The notes: generated by a model from the sequence alone, not told the origin. A stretch of 36,707 bases of DNA from Octopus bimaculoides (GCF_001194135.2 NC_068987.1:73978021-74014727); one strand, 5' to 3'. Shown: positions 24,815-35,605, counted from the stretch's first letter. Program-made: numbers and translations.

Positions 24815-25505
24815 TTAAATCTGTGACCTGGCAGAATCGTTAGCACGCCGAACAAAATGCTTAGTAGAATTTTCATCCGTCTTTATGTTTTTGAGTTCAA
24901 ATTCCACCGCGGTTGACTTCGCCTTTTAGCCTTTCACAGTCGATGAAATCAGTACCAGTTGAACACTGAGGGTTGATGCCTAACACCATCGCCAAAAATT
25001 TCAGGCTTTTTTCCTATAGTAGAAAGGATTATCATTATTGGAAATGCGGTGAGCTGACAGAATTACAAGAGTATCGGACAAAATGCCATACTGTATTTTC
25101 ATTTTCCGGCTTTTTACGTCTTTGTTTCAAATCATGCTAAGGTGAACTTTCACTTTCATCCTTTCGTCATCAATAAAATAAAGTTCCAGTTATGTATTAG
25201 GGTCGATGGAATCGACAAACTCCGTCCCCTCAGGCTTTGTGCCTAAATCAAAAACCATTACTATTGTTATTGATATTATTAACCTAGTAATAATGCGGCG
25301 AGCAGGTAGAATCGTTAGCACGCCGGGTGAAATGCTTAGCGGCATTTCTTCCGTCTTCAGGTTCTGATTTCAAATTCTGCTGAGGTCGACTTTGCTTTTC
25401 ATCCTCTTGGGAATCGATAAAATAAATAGCAGTTGAGTACTAAGATTGATGTAATTGAACTCCCCCCACTGAAATTGCTAGCCTTGTGCCAAAATTTGAT
25501 ATTTT
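24815..25505 (+). mobile_element. Head-to-tail array of three SINE family 1 copies (24815-25039, 25042-25270, 25291-25505), preceded by an isolated tail at about 24775-24810
   Basis: Each copy has the GCGG(C/T)GAGC/GACCTGGCAGAATCG head, a TTCAAAT B box and a GCCTT...TAGAAAGGATT or AAAACCATT tail. Confidence 0.88.
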
Positions 25506-26139
25506 ACAGTGGTACATCCCTTTAATAACAAGTGTTAATTCTCACCAAGCTTTCCCAAAGATATTATTACACCTCAAACAGAAAAAAAAAAAACAATTGA
25601 AAATGACGGAAAAGAGGAAGAATTTTGATAGCAGCATTGTTAGTTAGGCGTTGCAAATAAAATGTATCAATAACCAGAACGACTATTCCTTAATTATTTT
25701 TTACGAATCTCGATTCCATACGCCCCTTTGTGTGGTGGTGTGTTCTTAAGGGACAAAACAGAACAAACTGGTGAGATAGCCACTGAATAACGGGAGACAT
25801 GGACGTTTCCTCAGATTTTATTCGATGCAGTGATTTGTGACTGTATATATGATATGGACATATATGTATAAGTGTGTATGCGCGCGTGTAAAAACAGACG
25901 CATGCATCCACATATATATATATATATATACATACAAATATATATATATGTAATTTACTTGGAAATGAATGCGTGACGTTAGATCATATACTAATATAAA
26001 TAATATATAAATATATGCATATATACATACATATATGTGAATAATTACACATATATATGTATATATACATGCATATATGGGTACTGGACATAAAAAAAAC
26101 GTGAACAAAATGAGAAACGAGGACATAAAAAACAAAAAT

Positions 26140-27055
26140 ATAGAAAACGAACTTTTTTATCATAACATCTAAGAAGGGGAGCTGTTCTTTGCTATATACG
26201 ATTGTAATTTGAATGCTAAGGTTTATATTATTTTGCATTTGGTTAAAATCCAAAAGTTTATCAATGGTCTCCTTCCAAATGGTAAGGCAGTCATCCATAT
26301 ATCTTTTCCATTTTTCTCTTATATAGTAGTGAAATGGATATCTATATTTTTGCAGTGACACTTCATATATGGTGAATTCAAAATATCTCATTATTAGGTT
26401 CGCAAGAATAGAGGCTGCTTTCGTTCCTATCGCAATTCCAATTTTAAAGTTTCAATAATAAAAACTTGGTTCATACGTTCCGGAACTACTTCGGGGTACT
26501 TTTCCATCCAATATTTTATTGCTTCTATTCAACAGTCATGTGGGATATTGGTGTAAAGATTAATAGCATCGAAGAAAACCAATAATGTCTCTTCGTTAGT
26601 TGTTTTTGGTAGGTGCTCTAGCATATCTAGATCGTCTCTGATGTATTTCAGCAAGGATTTCAGTAGGATGTCTGGGAAATTGCTTGGGTGGTGGGTTTCG
26701 CGAGCTGGGCCAGCTATAATGGGCCTTAACTTTAAATCTTCTGGCACTAGGATATTTATGTTTTTGCCTGGTGATTGTTTGCAGGCTTCATTAACTATCT
26801 TGCTCTTGTGTATTTTAGGTAGGCTGTAATAAAGACTAAGTTTACAGTTAAAGTTCGTCTTATAAGCTATTTCTTTTTCTGTCAGGCTTTTTCCATGTAA
26901 AAGAACTAAGGATGCAAGAGTTTTCATTGTTTTTTGGTGTTTATAGTTTACAACTTTTTCGTAGAAGGTATCATTTTCTAGCATGGATAATACTAGGTTT
27001 TTGTAGTATTCTGTGTCTATCAGGACTACAACACTTCCTTTGTCTGCTTAAGTAA
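26140..27055 (-). mobile_element. Penelope-like retroelement, reverse transcriptase fragment (pseudogenised)
   Basis: The minus strand encodes ADKGSVVVLIDTEYYKN, YSLPKIHKSK, LKLRPIIAGP, FDAINLYTNIPHD, WKRYMDDCLTIW and QLPFLDVMIKK. These are the Penelope RT motifs DKG, LPKIHK, RPII, D(V)xxLYT, RYxDD and LPFLD. Stops and frameshifts are present. Confidence 0.92.
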
Positions 27056-27217
27056 CTCACATTACCTTACATTACATTTGGTGATATTCTTACTGTTAGA
27101 ATTGGTGACCCAGAACAAAAAAACTACAGCCTTTGCTTTAACAGTCGTTATACCCCGAGCAATAGAATAACATCCTTCGCTTCGTAGGTCGTCAACAGGG
27201 TAGGAGGCTGAACAAAT

Positions 27218-27753
27218 CTCCAATCAGATCTGCTCGTTGTTATCCAATAGGCGGAAAAACACAATATGCAGGTAAACGAGGATAAATTTGAATTACTTTG
27301 GAAAAAAGGTTGCGTTTAAGCTAACACGTACTCTTCCTTCAGACAAAAATTTCATTGCACCAAAGACCGCTAAGGACCTTGGAGTAACTGTCAATACAAG
27401 TGAAGCCGGAGCGCCCATACAAGCAGCAAAGTTGAAATGGCCCGCATGGCGTGCTCCTGGATCCTTGGGACTTTTCTGTAAAGAAATGCTCCTACTATCC
27501 TCCTCATCTTCACCTTCGTCCGTCCTCACCTTGAATACTGCTGTCCGCTGTGGTCTCCCTACACGAAACAAAATATAAAAATTGAAGCATGACAGAGACC
27601 AATCACAAAAAATAGACGATGTGGCAGGTCTTGATTATTGGGATCGTCTCGAGAAGTTCTAACGCCACTGTGCACTGTGAAAGATATTCGTATGGTGTGG
27701 AAAATATTCCCATAGCATTGCCCAAATGATGCTGGCATCAACTTCAAAATTCA
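27218..27753 (+). mobile_element. CR1/L2-type LINE, RT C-terminal fragment (pseudogenised)
   Basis: Translation across frameshifts: LQSDLLVVIQ*AEKHNMQVNEDKFELL..KDLGVTV..ARMACSWILGTF..FVRPHLEYCCPLWSPYTKQNIKIEA*QR..GLDYWDRLEK. KDLGV and VRPHLEY..WSP are typical of the CR1/L2 group. Confidence 0.88.
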
Positions 27754-27800
27754 TCTATATATATAAAAATGAGAATGTGTGTGTGTGTGTGCGCGCGCGC

Positions 27801-27842
<42 letters not shown>

Positions 27843-28908
27843 GTGTGTGCTTCCCTAAACCTCGAGAACTACACAACCAATTTCATTCAAATTTTACACA
27901 TGCTTTACTTAGGGTCCCGGTTGTGTTTTAGTAAAAAAAGAAACTTTAACTTCTTGCATAGTTCGAGCCCATAGCAACATAATATCTCCTCCACTATTTA
28001 AGAATTACGTGTCAAAAGTGAAACAAAAACACTCATGTCAAATACTTTCACTTTAAAAATGAAATTATNNNNNNNNNNNNNNNNNNNNNNNNNNNNNNNN
28101 NNNNNNNNNNNNNNNNNNNNNNNNNNNNNNNNNNNNNNNNNNNNNNNNNNNNNNNNNNNNNNNNNNNNNNNNNNNNNNNNNNNNNNNNNNNNNNNNNNNN
28201 NNNNNNNNNNNNNNNNNNNNNNNNNNNNNNNNNNNNNNNNNNNNNNNNNNNNNNNNNNNNNNNNNNNNNNNNNNNNNNNNNNNNNNNNNNNNNNNNNNNN
28301 NNNNNNNNNNNNNNNNNNNNNNNNNNNNNNNNNNNNNNNNNNNNNNNNNNNNNNNNNNNNNNNNNNNNNNNNNNNNNNNNNNNNNNNNNNNNNNNNNNNN
28401 NNNNNNNNNNNNNNNNNNNNNNNNNNNNNNNNNNNNNNNNNNNNNNNNNNNNNNNNNNNNNNNNNNNNNNNNNNNNNNNNNNNNNNNNNNNNNNNNNNNN
28501 NNNNNNNNNNNNNNNNNNNNNNNNNNNNNNNNNNNNNNNNNNNNNNNNNNNNNNNNNNNNNNNNNNNNNNNNNNNNNNNNNNNNNNNNNNNNNNNNNNNN
28601 NNNNNNNNNNNNNNNNNNNNNNNNNNNNNNNNNNNNNNNNNNNNNNNNNNNNNNNNNNNNNNNNNNNNNNNNNNNNNNNNNNNNNNNNNNNNNNNNNNNN
28701 NNNNNNNNNNNNNNNNNNNNNNNNNNNNNNNNNNNNNNNNNNNNNNNNNNNNNNNNNNNNNNNNNNNNNNNNNNNNNNNNNNNNNNNNNNNNNNNNNNNN
28801 NNNNNNNNNNNNNNNNNNNNNNNNNNNNNNNNNNNNNNNNNNNNNNNNNNNNNNNNNNNNNNNNNNNNNNNNNNNNNNNNNNNNNNNNNNNNNNNNNNNN
28901 NNNNNNNN

Positions 28909-29434
28909 CCAATTCAACTCTAACTTTCCTACCTAACGACAGTTCTAAGGACCCAACACGACTATAGCACCACTTAACTGCTATCTCCAAAACATTGTCC
29001 CCTTACATCTCATTCTCATTTAAGTACCACTGCAGGCAAATACAAATTAATTCTCACGACGATATAATGGAAGATGTTAACAGACATTAACCACATGCTA
29101 CCCTGTCAAGTCAAATATATTGTCATCCAATTCAACTCTAACTTTCCTACCTAACGACAGTTCTAAGGACCCAACACGACTATAGCACCACTTAACTGCT
29201 ATCTCTAAAATTTTGTCCACTTACATCTCATTCTCATTTCTCGACCTCCACAGTGAAATATAACTTACTTATCAATACGGGGCAATGGAACATCATAACA
29301 GATATTAACCAGATAATAACGTTCTCAAGCGAAATCTATTGTCAGCCATTCACCTCTGACCTTCCCAGTGTATGGAGGGCACCATTTAACCGCTGTCTCA
29401 AAAATTTTATCACCTTACATCTCATTCTCATTTT
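28909..29434 (+). repeat. Tandem repeat with 218-bp period (about 2.3 visible units)
   Basis: CCAATTCAACTCTAACTTTCCTACCTAACGACAGTTCTAAGGACCCAACACGACTATAGCACCACTTAACTGCTATCTC occurs at 28909 and 29127; a degenerate third unit lies at about 29348-29434. Confidence 0.9.
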
Positions 29435-29548
29435 CCTAAGCTAACACGAATACAGTTGTACTTTTACAGTGAAACTATACTCTCACATATATACAGGCAT
29501 ACATACATATATACATACATACATGCATATATATATCGGCACAGATGT

Positions 29549-29644
29549 AATGAAAATGTGTGTCTGTCTGTCTGTCTGTGTGAATCCCTAAAACTCGAGA
29601 AGTACACAACCAATTTCATTCAAATTTTACACATGCCTTACTTA
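29549..29644 (+). repeat. Second copy of the Helitron-like head
   Basis: Near-identical to 27768-27911 (AATGA(G/A)AATG, GTCT repeat, CCCTAAA(C/A)CTCGAGAA(C/G)TACACAACCAATTTCATTCAAATTTTACACATGC). Confidence 0.85.
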
Positions 29645-30187
29645 TGAACCCTTTCCCTATCCAATATATACGGCAGACCAGACATGCCTTGACAAACAAC
29701 ACCTAAAATTCATGTCCACACAAACGATAACTTTCCCAACGCATTTCATTAACACTTTCTCCTTTGCTATTACTATTTCTCTCGCCATGCCTTTCACAAC
29801 TGTTTCCAGTTTCATGTCATAACAGCAACATCATCTTATTTGACACATTTACCGTTCTAATACCACTTCATTATTACCGCAGCATTTGCAAGTTTGCAAC
29901 TTATCTACACTTACATAATAACCATTCCATTAATATTTCATACTTCACAGTGTACTCACTGCATTTCATTACGCTTATTTTAGATCATGCCCCGAAGAAA
30001 GACTTCTTCAATTGGACGCAAAACTGCGAAAACTGCAGTCATTGGAAACTGACATTAGACGATCACAAAATGCTGAACGTACAGCCANNNNNNNNNNNNN
30101 NNNNNNNNNNNNNNNNNNNNNNNNNNNNNNNNNNNNNNNNNNNNNNNNNNNNNNNNNNNNNNNNNNNNNNNNNNNNNNNNNNNNNNN

Positions 30188-30226
<39 letters not shown>

Positions 30227-30442
30227 TGTGTGTAGTGCACAGATGAGATCCACATTCTCTGTATAGAAGACACTTAGTGCTTAAAAGATTCGAATTTAAA
30301 CTCAGAAGTCTTTTCAGGGGATCATTCCACAAGGTAAAGAAAGACTATAGGAGGGACTATTGAGCGGGTATAGAAGCAAGTATGCGGATAAACAGTTAGA
30401 CACATCAAATATATTAAATACATCAAATACAAAATATGTATA

Positions 30443-30615
30443 TATGTATACATGCAAAATCCACAGAAGGCAAAATGCGGAAACTTTCAGATGATGAATT
30501 TTTGTACTCTGTGTAAGTTGGACCTATTAATATAAATATCTATATATTTATACATAAAAATTCATCATCTGAAAGTTTCCACCTTTTGCTTTCTCTCATT
30601 TTGCATGTATACATA
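30443..30615. repeat. Inverted repeat, about 64-bp arms with a 44-nt spacer
   Basis: 30443-30506 versus 30551-30615, sharing the core GGAAACTTTCAGATGATGAATTTTT and TATGTATACATGCAAAAT. Confidence 0.85.
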
Positions 30616-31221
30616 GATACTAATTTTATATTCGTTGTATTTAATATATTNNNNNNNNNNNNNNNNNNNNNNNNNNNNNNNNNNNNNNNNNNNNNNNNNN
30701 NNNNNNNNNNNNNNNNNNNNNNNNNNNNNNNNNNNNNNNNNNNNNNNNNNNNNNNNNNNNNNNNNNNNNNNNNNNNNNNNNNNNNNNNNNNNNNNNNNNN
30801 NNNNNNNNNNNNNNNNNNNNNNNNNNNNNNNNNNNNNNNNNNNNNNNNNNNNNNNNNNNNNNNNNNNNNNNNNNNNNNNNNNNNNNNNNNNNNNNNNNNN
30901 NNNNNNNNNNNNNNNNNNNNNNNNNNNNNNNNNNNNNNNNNNNNNNNNNNNNNNNNNNNNNNNNNNNNNNNNNNNNNNNNNNNNNNNNNNNNNNNNNNNN
31001 NNNNNNNNNNNNNNNNNNNNNNNNNNNNNNNNNNNNNNNNNNNNNNNNNNNNNNNNNNNNNNNNNNNNNNNNNNNNNNNNNNNNNNNNNNNNNNNNNNNN
31101 NNNNNNNNNNNNNNNNNNNNNNNNNNNNNNNNNNNNNNNNNNNNNNNNNNNNNNNNNNNNNNNNNNNNNNNNNNNNNNNNNNNNNNNNNNNNNNNNNNNN
31201 NNNNNNNNNNNNNNNNNNNNN

Positions 31222-31292
31222 TTGCTCGACTAAAGGCGGTGCTCCAGCATGGCCACAGTCAAAAAGACTGAAACAAGTAAAAGAGTAAAAGA
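31222..31292 (+). mobile_element. 3' tail of SINE family 2
   Basis: CGACTAAAGGCGGTGCTCCAGCATGGCCACAGTCAAAAAGACTGAAACAAGTAAAAGAGTAAAAGAG; the rest is lost in the gap. Confidence 0.7.
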
Positions 31293-31293
31293 G

Positions 31294-31324
<31 letters not shown>

Positions 31325-31356
31325 GTAAAAATATGTGACACTTATTCGGTAGCTAT

Positions 31357-31417
31357 GATAAAACTCCGAGTTCCGGATGCCGGGGTGGGAGCCCACGCCA
31401 ACATCTCTTCAGTTATC
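31357..31417 (-). ncRNA. Second hammerhead copy with a mutated core (GAAA to GGAA)
   Basis: The reverse complement reads GATAACTGAAGAGATGTTGGCGTGGGCTCCCACCCCGGCATCCGGAACTCGGAGTTTTATC, with the same layout but A13 changed to G. Confidence 0.55.
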
Positions 31418-31632
31418 CGGCCATTGAAAATTCCTGTGAAAAAAATGACCGTTAATCAAAGGGAAGTTACAGTGTGGTTGACCGTCATTAAGACAAAAGA
31501 GCTATAGAAGTCTATAGGTTCACGTAAGCGCACCAATCCGTACATTCCCCTATATTTATATACTAAACCACCCTCGCTTGAAACACACATATGCTCACCC
31601 ACATACTCGTCAACAGGAATTTTCAATGGCCG

Positions 31633-31693
31633 GATAACTGAAGAGATGTTGGTGTGGGCTCCCACCCCGGCATCCGAAACTCGGAGTTTTATC
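31633..31693 (+). ncRNA. Type I hammerhead ribozyme motif (Penelope-associated)
   Basis: Stem I GATAA(31633-37)/TTATC(31689-93). Core CTGAAGA(31638-44). Stem II GATGTTGG/CCGGCATC plus an inner GTGG-GCTC-CCAC hairpin, with one bulged C. GAAA(31676-79). Palindromic stem III ACTC-G-GAGT. Predicted cleavage triplet GUU(31686-88). Folded by hand; activity untested. Confidence 0.7.
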
Positions 31694-31929
31694 ATGGCTA
31701 CCGAATAAGTGTCACATATTTTTACAGATAAGTTCCTCTAGTTACATAATATGGACTTTTAGAGATGTTTATTGACTTAACCGGTTGCACTTTTTTAGAA
31801 AAAGATTGTCAAAAGTAAAATGTAAAGCTTTGTATTAGCTTTGTTGTGTCAAGTACTGATTATCACAAAGGTATTGAAATACACTTATACAATCTTTGAT
31901 AATGGTAAGAAAATGTTAAAAACAGTTTA

Positions 31930-31983
31930 CAAGAAAGTATTCAAGAAAGTATTCAAGAAAGTATTCAAGAAAGTGTTCAAGAA
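31930..31983 (+). repeat. 12-bp minisatellite (CAAGAAAGTATT) x4.5
   Basis: Directly visible. Confidence 0.95.
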
Positions 31984-32049
31984 TGGGACTACAATAAGTC
32001 ATTTGAATTCAATAAAAATTATGTTTGTTTGGTAGTATATATACACAGA

Positions 32050-34737
32050 AGGAGATATATTTAAGAATTTACAAAAAATTGGAGAAGAACTAGCATCCCT
32101 CCAACGAGTGGAAAAAAACACCTGGTTCGCCAATTACGAAACGATGTTTAAAAAACGAATACCATACAAGCAACCCATATTTTAAAAAGACAATTAAAAC
32201 TCACACACCTCACCAACAAACAAGGAAGACAAATCACAAAACTTCAAACACACACCACTCCTAACTTTGACAACAACAATAACAGAACTTACAGACAGCA
32301 CCACAACCCTATCAAAAGAACCCAGGCACCCACCAACCCAAGACAAAACTTTACCAAACACTGTAGATCCCAGCCCACACAAGAACCGTTCCAAAATCGG
32401 AGATTCCACCCATCACATAGGAATTCACCTCTAAACCACGTTTGTAGGTTTCAACCCACTCTAAGGAACCAAAACTCCTCTAGTAGGCCACACCAACAAC
32501 CCAGACACCGGAAGAACCAAAATTCCTTTAGTAGGCAACACATCAATGGGGGAAAGACTAACACACACCAAAATACCGCAGATAGAAAAAAAAAAAGAAA
32601 TCATTTTTTTAGGCCAGTGCAACAGAATCCACGACACCAGATGAGAGATACCAACCCTGAAAAACCAAAAATAGTGAATCTCTCAAACCTAAACCTGTCA
32701 ACCCTACAAATCAAAATCTTTTCAAAAGGACTAAAATTCACTCCAACCCTACAATATCCTAACCTGAGTGAAATACAGGATGATGTCACACTTTTGCAGA
32801 AAATTACGCCTCACAGAGGAATTTTTTGACAAAGAAATTAATAACGACGAATCAATGATTCGTAACAAGAGCAATTATAATCCCACAAAAGGCAAAAACA
32901 AAACTTTGGACAAATTTTGTGATTACATTTCAAACTTTTCTTATAGTGAACTTCCGCAACCTAAACCAAAACCCAATACCAGTAAAAGGGAATGGGAAAT
33001 CATCAATGAGTTACAAAACAATCATGACATCACAATCAAGGAAACAGATAAGGGTAGTACTGTCGTCATTATGGATACTGAACAATACAAAATCTCTCTA
33101 TCTCAATTTTTACAAGATACTACCTACTATGAAAGAGTAGTCAACTACCAAAAATAATTACCCAATTAAGCACACTCATTTGCCAACATCGAAATAGCTT
33201 AACGGCAAAGGAATGCGACTACCTAACAAATTTCAACTCCAACATCAGCATCCTTTTCGGCTTCTAAAAATCCACAGGAGCAAAATAATTACCGAAGCTT
33301 ACAAAAAGTCCACTTTAATCTGCATCACTGTACCACATCCCGCTGATCTCAAACTGAGACCAATCGTGGCAGGCCCAAACTGTGAAGCACACAGATTAAG
33401 TGACTTCGTCGATATACTCTTAAAACCAATACTTAAGCACATACCAAGTATTGTAAGAGATGACCTGGACCTACTAAATCATCTCCCCAAACATACCAAT
33501 AAAGACATTTTCATTGTCTCCTTTGATGTAATAAACCTTTACACTACGATCCCACATCAATAAGGACTGGAAGCCTTTAAATTCTGGCTAGAAAAATACC
33601 CCAATGAGGTCCCGGGAAGAATAAAATAAGAATTTATCATCGAGGGCCTTAAGTTTATCCTCCAAAACAACTTTTTGAAGTTTAATAATAATACCTACAG
33701 AGAGGTATCAGGGACTGGAATGGGTACTAAAGTTGCCCCAACTTATGCCAACTTGGTGATGGCCTACCTAGAATTACAAATTTATGAGGAATCCAAATAA
33801 AAAAAAACGGCCTGTCTTTCCATAAATACCTGTTGGAGAATTGGAAACGCTTCTTGGATGATTGTCTCATCCTATGGTCTCACACACTCGACCAACTCAA
33901 TGATTCCCAAAATTTAATCAACAGTGTCAACAACCATATCCAATTTACAATGAAATATAGTCAAGACCAACTTCCTTTTCTTGACATTATTATTATTAAA
34001 AAGGCACCAACATTGAAACTGATCTGCACTACAAACCAACTGATTCCAAACAATACCTCCTATTCACCTCCAATCACCCAAAGCACAAGAAGATAAACAT
34101 TCCCTCAACCTAGCGAGAAGATTCTGTACAATTGTCTCAAATTATAGAACACGAAATAAAAGACTCCAAGAACTAAAGGCATTTCTTCTCGAAAGACATT
34201 ACTCAGCATCATTAGTTGACAGCGGAATAGACAATCGCTACTCAAGACTTTCGAAAATCGAAACACCTTCACAGTACATTAAATAGACTCCCATATCTCT
34301 CAACACACAATTCAAGAAATACAGAAGCTTACACAATTATATACAAGAACATCCCACTACTGAGTCAAGGCCCACGCCTAGAAAAAGCACTTGAAACCCA
34401 TAAAATAATAAAAAACAAAAGACGACCCAAATCCCTAAAAAACCTACTAATCAATGCAAAATTACCCAACACAAGCCCACCACCCACCGTCAAAAAATGT
34501 GGTCGTTCCATCTGCATGACTTGCATCCACCTCATTGAAGGAACAATATACAAATTCCAGTCGGGACACACTTTAGTCGTAAAAAATAACTTCACCTGCG
34601 CATCAAAGAATTTACTTTATGCCATAAGGTGTGAAGGGTGCCACAGTGACTACATAGGGCAAACGAGTCTTATCCTTAGAGAAAAAATGACAGTCCACCA
34701 CCAACAATTGATGGAGCCCACCACAAGACAGATACAT
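32050..34737 (+). mobile_element. Penelope-like retroelement (Neptune-like): RT plus GIY-YIG endonuclease, pseudogenised and 3'-truncated
   Basis: Fragments in order: IVNLS..SKGLKFTPT; CRKLRL; ITIKETDKGSTVVIMD; LKIHRSK; LKLRPIVAG; SFDVINLYTTIPH; GTGMGTKVAPTYANLVM; WKRFLDDCLILW; QLPFLDIII; KCGRSICMTC; NFTCASKNLLYAIRCEGCHSDYIGQT. The Cys-rich linker and the CxxC inside the GIY-YIG motif are typical of the Neptune group. Several stops and frameshifts; the 5' boundary is approximate. Confidence 0.95.
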
Positions 34738-34833
34738 AAATTCACGAGATTCTTTATTAACCACTACAATCGTTTCGATTTATCATGCGTCGGTCCCTCA
34801 ATTGTAGTGATTAATAAAGAATCTCGTGAATTT
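34738..34833. repeat. Hairpin, 33-bp arms with a 30-nt loop
   Basis: 34738-34770 is the reverse complement of 34801-34833 with one mismatch. Confidence 0.9.
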
Positions 34834-35294
34834 CATTTTCTTTCTCTCACATGTTATATACTCGACGGGTACGAAGGAATTCTTGAAGTAAGTCCAGTGG
34901 CATTTATATCTATACTGTTGATGACGTCAGGTAGCCAAATACAGCGAACGTGCTTTAAACGGCACACTACCAGGTGTATATCCAAATTCAAAATTATTAC
35001 AGACAGACACACACACACAGATAGATAGATAGGTAGATAAATAGATAGATAGATAGATAGATAGCAGTGTTAGTGTGTAACGCAACGGTTCGTAATGATT
35101 TATCAAGACCGCAAACGGTAATAGATGATGAGTATAATCTGAATAAATCAAATTCGCCATTATATTCCTGATATTTATTTCATTGACCTCCATCCCGACA
35201 CTATCAACAACATGTATTGTGGAGATCAAAACTGAGAGGACTTTTGAAACAACAGCCACAGATAAATCGGAATTTCTCCGTCTCGTTTGGGATG

Positions 35295-35605
35295 TGGCTG
35301 TGCTGAAAGGTACCTTGTGCAAGTACCTTCTACTATAGCCCCAAGTTGACCAATGTTGCATGAATGGATTTGGTAGACGGAAACTATAAGAAGTCCGTAG
35401 TGTGTGTATATGTATGTGTTACCACTGCCGGGCAACCAGTGTTGGCTTCTTTTTATCTCTGTAAACTAGCGATTCGGCAAAGAAGTGCGATAAAATAAGT
35501 ACTAGACAGTTAAAATAATAAGTATTAAAGTCGATTTGTGCAACTAAACTTTTCAAGGCAGTGCCCCAGCATGGCTGCAGTCCAATGACTGAAACAAGTA
35601 ATAGA
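35295..35605 (+). mobile_element. SINE family 2 (body, internal GT/AT microsatellite, 3' tail)
   Basis: ACCTTGTGCAAGTACCTTCTACTATAGCC...GGATTTGGTAGACGGAAACT..GAAGTCCGTAG, then GTGCCCCAGCATGGCTGCAGTCCAATGACTGAAACAAGTAA, which is shared with 6205-6298 and 31222-31292. Confidence 0.7.

Larger units (their letters stand above)
27754..30087 (+). mobile_element. Helitron-like element (5' end and internal part; 3' end unresolved)
   Basis: Begins A|TCTATATATATAAAAATGAGAATG, a TC 5' terminus after a host A, followed by a (GT)/(GTCT)n tract and ACAACCAATTTCATTCAAATTTTACAC. This head layout is typical of non-autonomous Helitrons. No CTRR 3' end is visible because of the gaps at 28069-28908 and 30088-30187. 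Confidence 0.55.
31320..31730. repeat. Inverted repeat, 118-bp arms (31320-31437 and 31613-31730); probable inverted Penelope pseudo-LTR
   Basis: The arms are reverse complements with 3 mismatches in 118 bp around a 175-bp spacer. The repeat lies just upstream of the Penelope ORF remnants, and the left arm abuts a (TA)n tract. Confidence 0.9.

Noticed and set aside
24815-25505. Regularly spaced repeats suggesting a CRISPR-like array
   Set aside because: Eukaryotic DNA; the units are about 220-bp diverged SINEs without unique spacers, and there are no cas genes.
4327-31341. Long ORFs spanning X runs
   Set aside because: Artefacts of assembly gaps at 4502-5340, 12191-12384, 16131-16140, 16801-17264, 19848-20090, 21249-21669, 28069-28908, 30088-30187 and 30651-31221.
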